In this document: piece by piece, positions 61,901 to 64,000 of the stretch
How positions within the stretch are numbered: the first letter of the stretch is position 1
How the letters are laid out: each line of letters begins with the position of its first letter
Assembly: GCA_002269645.1 (NCBI GenBank)
Contig: NIVC01000513.1
Coordinates: 248,001-312,000 of the forward strand
Direction of reading: 5' to 3'
DNA length: 64,000 nucleotides
Origin: Macrostomum lignano
Taxonomy: Eukaryota
The notes under the pieces: model-generated
Seen by the model: only the letters and a program-made list of their open reading frames with translations
Told to the model about the DNA's origin: nothing
The model's database searches: none
Position numbers and translations under genes: made by a program

Positions 61901-63611
61901 GTGGTCCAGTGCGGCGCTCTGATGTGCCAGCGGCCCAGGCTCGATTCCAAGTGCAGTCACATTAATTTGGGGCTGAATTGGAATCTCGGCTTGGCTCTGC
62001 TCAGTGGAATTAACGCCCTTGAAGGCCAACCCCCAAGGCACAGTGAAGTGTACATGCCTAACGATAAATAAAGTTAGGGCCGCTGTACACCCCTGTGTGA
62101 GTGTGTGCCTGTGCGTATGACTGCGTAAGTATCCGCGCGCTTGTGTGCCTGCTCAGGGGAGTCGGCAGAATGGGCAGTGTGACAATTTTGCTTAAAGTGC
62201 GCCAGGGTGCACACAGCTTCCCTGACTCTAATGATAAACAGTAGCTCTTTGTCCGGCTTCAGAATCTATCGGAGTGTACATTAAAGTACAGTCGGTTGTG
62301 CATAAGTGAATTAAAAAGTCTTGAATTCGATGCAGCACCGTGAGAGTTACGAGCTAAGATCGGGTCTTTGTTGCAGCTAAATAACGGGAAGCACTCACTC
62401 CTGGGCAGGTCCTCGCCCGGTAGACCCGCAGGGTGAAGGTGGCCGGCCGCAGCTGCACGCCGGCCGGACGGAGCAGGTTGGCTTCGATGTCCTCGTCTTC
62501 ATCGGCGTTGGCGGTCTGCTTGAAGCTCTGCGATTCGAGAGGGGGGGGCATTTGAATTGGATTGCAAACCCGGATTGCAATATTTGTATAATGATTCCAC
62601 TTTGAATTCTCTCGAACTGTCTTTGATGTCTTGGTGATTCCCTTTTGATGTATTGAGGATTCCCTTCGGTGTCTTAGAGATTCCCTTTTGGTGCATTGGA
62701 GATTCCCATTCGGTGTATTGGGGATTCCCATTCGGTGTCTTGGGGATTCCCTTCGGTGTATTGGGGATTCCCATTCGGTGTCTTGGGGATTCCCTTCGGT
62801 GTCTTGGGGATTCCCTTCGGTGTCTTGGGGATTCCCTTTCAGTGTATTGGGAATTCCCCTCGGAGTCTTGTGGATTCCTTTTCAGTGTCTTGGGGATTCC
62901 CTTCGGAGTCTTGTGGATTCCCTTTCAGTGTCTTGGGGATTCCCTTCGGTGTATTGGGGATTCCCTTCAATGTATTGGGGATTCCCTTCCATGTCTTGGG
63001 GATTCCCTTTTTGAGTGTATTGGGGATTCTCTTCGGTGTCTTGGGGATTCCCTTCGGTGTATCGGGGATTCTCTATCGGTGCATTTGGGATTCCCTTTCG
63101 TGAATTGTGGATTACCTTTCGGTGTATTGGCAATTCCTTTCAGTTTCCAGAGGATTCGCCTTTAAGTTGGGTGGAATTCCCTTTAAAAGCCGGAAGATTT
63201 CCCTCTTAAGTTTCCAGGGGATTCCTCATTAGTTTCCATCGTGATTTCACCTTAAGCTTCCAGGGGATTTCCCGTTGGTTACAGGGGATTTTGCTTCCTT
63301 CCAGAGAAATCAAACGAGATTTCTAGAGTGTTCCATTCGGCCAACTCGGAACTCCCCATTGGGAATCTCAGGGATTCCCCCAATAAAAGTACAGAGATTC
63401 CCAGAAAGTCGCACCGGCGCCTCATCGCCGGGGCCGAGGATGACTGCGCAGATTTTCAGGTAGCCCTTGGCGCCGCCCTGCGGGTCCTCGGGTCGCACAG
63501 CAGCAGCCACTTGTGCAGGAAGGCGTGGCCATCCTCCTCGTACAGCATGCCGAGGTCGAATTTGAAGGCTCCAATGAGGGCGTCCGAGCGGAGACGTCGG
63601 GAGTTGAACAC
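28682..63611 (-). CDS. Type-1 ferlin (myoferlin/dysferlin-like) multi-exon gene, 5'-incomplete in the window; 21 exons traced
   Basis: Exons with GT-AG boundaries and consistent phases encode C2B (GAFKFD...KWLLL), C2C ([19 protein letters not shown]), FerA, FerB (PDVVIWM), DysF (GWEY, RRRRW), C2D-F ([17 protein letters not shown]) and a C-terminal TM helix. DysF marks type-1 ferlins. Confidence 0.96.
28957..30328. repeat. 22-bp minisatellite with interspersed 18-bp deletion variants
   Basis: ctcaatatgctactatctgaca and ctcaatatgctactgaca. Confidence 0.95.
30346..30493 (-). CDS. Ferlin TM exon, proximal copy
   Basis: [15 protein letters not shown]...[23 protein letters not shown]; gtgagt donor. 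Confidence 0.93.
30840..30949 (-). CDS. Ferlin exon, proximal copy
   Basis: [36 protein letters not shown]. Confidence 0.92.
31351..31773 (-). CDS. Ferlin exon, C2F, proximal copy
   Basis: [29 protein letters not shown]...[15 protein letters not shown]. Confidence 0.95.
32010..33880. repeat. 24-bp minisatellite TAATCCCATCCCCAGAACCCACAC
   Basis: Only a few units at the paralogous site 17540-17625. Confidence 0.95.
33902..34541 (-). CDS. Ferlin exon, C2E to C2F, proximal copy
   Basis: IFELKCILP...[10 protein letters not shown]...[27 protein letters not shown]...[10 protein letters not shown]. Confidence 0.95.
34567..36105. repeat. 15-bp minisatellite GAGGATCAG(G/A)GATTT (long version)
   Basis: Source of the spurious IRDLR ORF. 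Confidence 0.95.
36173..36663 (-). CDS. Ferlin exon, C2E, proximal copy
   Basis: [19 protein letters not shown]...[11 protein letters not shown]...[10 protein letters not shown]...NTLNPVFG. Confidence 0.95.
36678..37362. repeat. About 34-38-bp minisatellite, paralog of 19130-20165
   Basis: Direct tandem units. Confidence 0.93.
37930..38430 (-). CDS. Uncharacterised nested-family protein, copy 3 (166 aa, basic C-terminal tail)
   Basis: aaaATG start; acceptor ctgacag 18 nt upstream; AATAAA (minus) at 37775-37780; clear paralogs at 20736 and 1949. Confidence 0.8.
   Translation of the reverse strand: MRCGFIKDQGWRDPPFGGTHTTQVTVDEIVNYIYAQEPSAHFAEIMAKLQDTLNLNLVPCGDQDYYSVNLSRSYRMLLRPVQLRDGSTYVCMEIYRRTHEYGPTHDKNKIFLNKSLPERAEKNFPEIFRGSPQEQQPSAGSSREQRKRPSPAKSGRQEAAKKPKKN
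38604..38960. mobile_element. MITE with internal 16-bp repeats in both orientations
   Basis: gggggtcgccat / atggcaattcccc termini; the same head and 16-bp unit start the array at 46425. Confidence 0.55.
39790..40730. repeat. About 29-bp minisatellite GGGGGATTGCTGAGATGTCAAGGCTAAC inside the foldback element
   Basis: Direct tandem units. Confidence 0.93.
41047..41103 (-). other. Putative small exon: a ferlin cassette or the first exon of the nested gene (proximal copy)
   Basis: ctgcag acceptor, gtaagt donor, 57 nt open; splice signals kept in the paralog at 21819-21892. Confidence 0.5.
41985..42610. repeat. 20-21-bp CACAC(C/T)TGGACA minisatellites
   Basis: Paralog of 22745-23990. Confidence 0.9.
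42743..42825 (-). CDS. Ferlin linker exon, proximal copy
   Basis: [28 protein letters not shown]; phase 1 to 0 fits. Confidence 0.82.
42885..43445. repeat. 28-29-bp minisatellite, paralog of 24248-25362
   Basis: Direct tandem units. Confidence 0.9.
43477..43953 (-). CDS. Ferlin exon, C2D end and C2DE, proximal copy
   Basis: GELLAAFEL...[11 protein letters not shown]...[12 protein letters not shown]. Confidence 0.94.
44413..44775 (-). CDS. Ferlin exon, C2D (last single-copy exon)
   Basis: [31 protein letters not shown]...[12 protein letters not shown]...[16 protein letters not shown]. Confidence 0.95.
44800..45325 (+). repeat. 37-bp tandem repeat containing a tRNA B-box/T-arm motif
   Basis: GGGAACGGATGGAAGGTCCAGGGTTCGAGTCCGGCTA units. 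Confidence 0.85.
45355..45500 (+). mobile_element. Possible non-autonomous Helitron 5' end
   Basis: aaaatgaa...ctgtctgtctg...aaaccgct...accaaat layout; the helicase fragment lies about 2.5 kb downstream. Confidence 0.35.
46437..47797. repeat. 16-bp minisatellite AAACCCGAAATATCAC
   Basis: Same unit as in the MITE at 38604. Confidence 0.95.
47915..47995 (+). mobile_element. Helitron PIF1-helicase fragment
   Basis: [21 protein letters not shown] matches the Helitron helicase motif GDFRQTLPVIPRSTxADExNACLK. Confidence 0.75.
48331..48373 (-). CDS. Ferlin 43-nt exon ([14 protein letters not shown]) not shown in the ORF track
   Basis: tttgctttcag acceptor and gtaagt donor; supplies the phase 0 to 1 change needed between its neighbours. 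Confidence 0.88.
48608..48897. repeat. 21-bp purine-rich minisatellite GGGGAGACAGGGATGGAGACA
   Basis: Direct tandem units. Confidence 0.92.
48966..49145 (-). CDS. Ferlin exon, DysF C-terminal part
   Basis: [22 protein letters not shown]...[10 protein letters not shown]; gtgaga donor. Confidence 0.92.
49190..49700. repeat. 33-bp minisatellite AAATGTCTACAGGTGATATTATCAAGTGTGTAC
   Basis: Direct tandem units. Confidence 0.9.
49864..50124 (-). CDS. Ferlin exon, inner DysF
   Basis: VKYTDVKG...[26 protein letters not shown]...[10 protein letters not shown]. Confidence 0.92.
50143..50452. repeat. (GACT)n microsatellite filling almost the whole intron
   Basis: Lies between exons 49864-50124 and 50458-50855. 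Confidence 0.97.
50458..50855 (-). CDS. Ferlin exon, FerB end and DysF (1-nt deletion near 50581)
   Basis: ...[10 protein letters not shown]...PPAGWKWS then shifts frame to [10 protein letters not shown]...[14 protein letters not shown]. 398 nt where 399 is needed. Confidence 0.9.
50880..51540. repeat. 31-bp minisatellite TGAGCACACTGGGGTCATCTGTATCCAGTTT
   Basis: Direct tandem units. Confidence 0.92.
52040..52790. repeat. About 18-bp pyrimidine-rich minisatellite CTACATCCCTTCATCTCC
   Basis: Direct tandem units. Confidence 0.9.
52858..53010 (-). CDS. Ferlin exon, FerB
   Basis: [31 protein letters not shown]...[10 protein letters not shown]. Confidence 0.93.
53060..56070. repeat. 3-kb (CTAA)n microsatellite with recurring variant blocks
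   Basis: Direct tandem units. Confidence 0.97.
56084..56279 (-). CDS. Ferlin exon, FerA region
   Basis: [20 protein letters not shown]...IRAVAVE; follows an 85-nt intron; phases fit. Confidence 0.87.
56365..56471 (-). CDS. Ferlin exon, FerA region
   Basis: [35 protein letters not shown]; cag acceptor, gtgagt donor. Confidence 0.85.
56565..58610. repeat. 28-bp minisatellite GGGAGGCTGGCCCAGCAACTGAGGATCT
   Basis: Source of the spurious LLGQPP ORFs. Confidence 0.95.
58637..59154 (-). CDS. Ferlin exon (GYLPTFGP...[11 protein letters not shown])
   Basis: Conserved ferlin motifs; 518 nt, phase 1 to 0; gtgagt donor. Confidence 0.94.
59285..59765. repeat. 22-bp minisatellite GGATTTCCCTGGAATTCCCTAT
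   Basis: Direct tandem units. Confidence 0.88.
60862..60938 (-). CDS. Ferlin exon, end of C2C
   Basis: (W)[25 protein letters not shown]; cag acceptor and gtaagg donor; phases fit both neighbours. Confidence 0.9.
61552..61765 (-). CDS. Ferlin exon, C2C
   Basis: [13 protein letters not shown]...[15 protein letters not shown]...[15 protein letters not shown]; phase 1 to 2. Confidence 0.93.
61889..62240 (+). mobile_element. tRNA-derived SINE
   Basis: A-box TAGCCCAGTGG, B-box GGCTCGATTCC (61938-61948); the body recurs inverted at 63765-64000. Confidence 0.75.
62399..62527 (-). CDS. Ferlin exon, FerI and start of C2C (1-nt deletion near 62415)
   Basis: [42 protein letters not shown], gtgagt donor. 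129 nt where 130 is needed. Confidence 0.9.
62650..63140. repeat. 21-bp minisatellite TGGGGATTCCCTTCGGTGTCT
   Basis: Direct tandem units. Confidence 0.88.
63415..63611 (-). CDS. Ferlin exon, C2B domain (1-nt deletion near 63490)
   Basis: cag|GTGTTC...GCGCCG|gtgcga. [19 protein letters not shown]...KWLLLCDP then shifts frame to [25 protein letters not shown]. 197 nt where 198 is needed. Confidence 0.9.
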
Positions 63612-63764
63612 CTGGGCGAAGATTGCGATAATTGGAGAGTTTAGATTACAATTCGATAGTGTCTTTTTGAGCTTATTGAAATTACCAGGGTCAAGGAAGT
63701 ACCTTTGCATCCCATGTACTTAGTGTATCTGACTTTCGCAAGGGGGTTTGGTCAATTTATTTTT

Positions 63765-64000
63765 ATATTAGAGGCAGAGGGTTGTGTGCACCCTATGGCG
63801 CACTTTAAGCGACATTGTCACACAACCGGCTAGAGGCATTGCTGCCCATTCCACCGACTCCCCTGAGCAGGCACACAAGCGCGCGGATACTTACTCAGTC
63901 ATACGCACAGGCACACACTCACACAGGAGTGTACAGTGGCCCTAACTTTATCGTTAGGCATGTACACATCACTGTGCCTTGGGGGTTGGTCTTCAAGGCC
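63765..64000 (-). mobile_element. Second SINE copy, inverted and cut by the window edge
   Basis: Reverse complement matches 62020-62240 closely. Confidence 0.75.

Noticed and set aside
61889-61960. tRNA gene
   Set aside because: A and B boxes are present but no convincing cloverleaf; it continues into a repeated SINE body.

Overview
Eukaryotic (invertebrate-type) genomic DNA. The taxon cannot be determined from the sequence alone. The backbone is a minus-strand type-1 ferlin gene (myoferlin/dysferlin-like: C2B, C2C, FerA, FerB, DysF, C2D-F, C-terminal TM). Its 5' end lies beyond the right edge, and almost every intron carries its own minisatellite. The 3' half of the gene (8 exons, from late C2D to the stop and polyA signal) occurs twice in tandem: about 27.1-44.4 kb (proximal) and about 7.0-26.2 kb (distal). 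Both copies have intact frames and splice sites. A third, partial copy lies at about 1.8-7.0 kb. Each unit carries a small same-strand ORF of about 150-165 aa nested in a ferlin intron. I recognise no family for it. By eye the three proteins are only about half identical, whereas neighbouring ferlin exons and some flanking intron are nearly identical. The distal copy also holds a 4.85-kb TGTAACCAC...GTGGTTACA element encoding a J-domain (HPD) in frame with a TatD-like domain that has lost its catalytic residues; one TGA separates them. Other content: decayed Crypton tyrosine recombinase, Penelope GIY-YIG and Helitron fragments, a solo LTR, tRNA-derived SINEs, foldback/MITE structures, and a virus-fibre-like fragment at the duplication junction. 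Three single-base deletions in 5' ferlin exons may be read errors. All alignments and identities were judged by eye.
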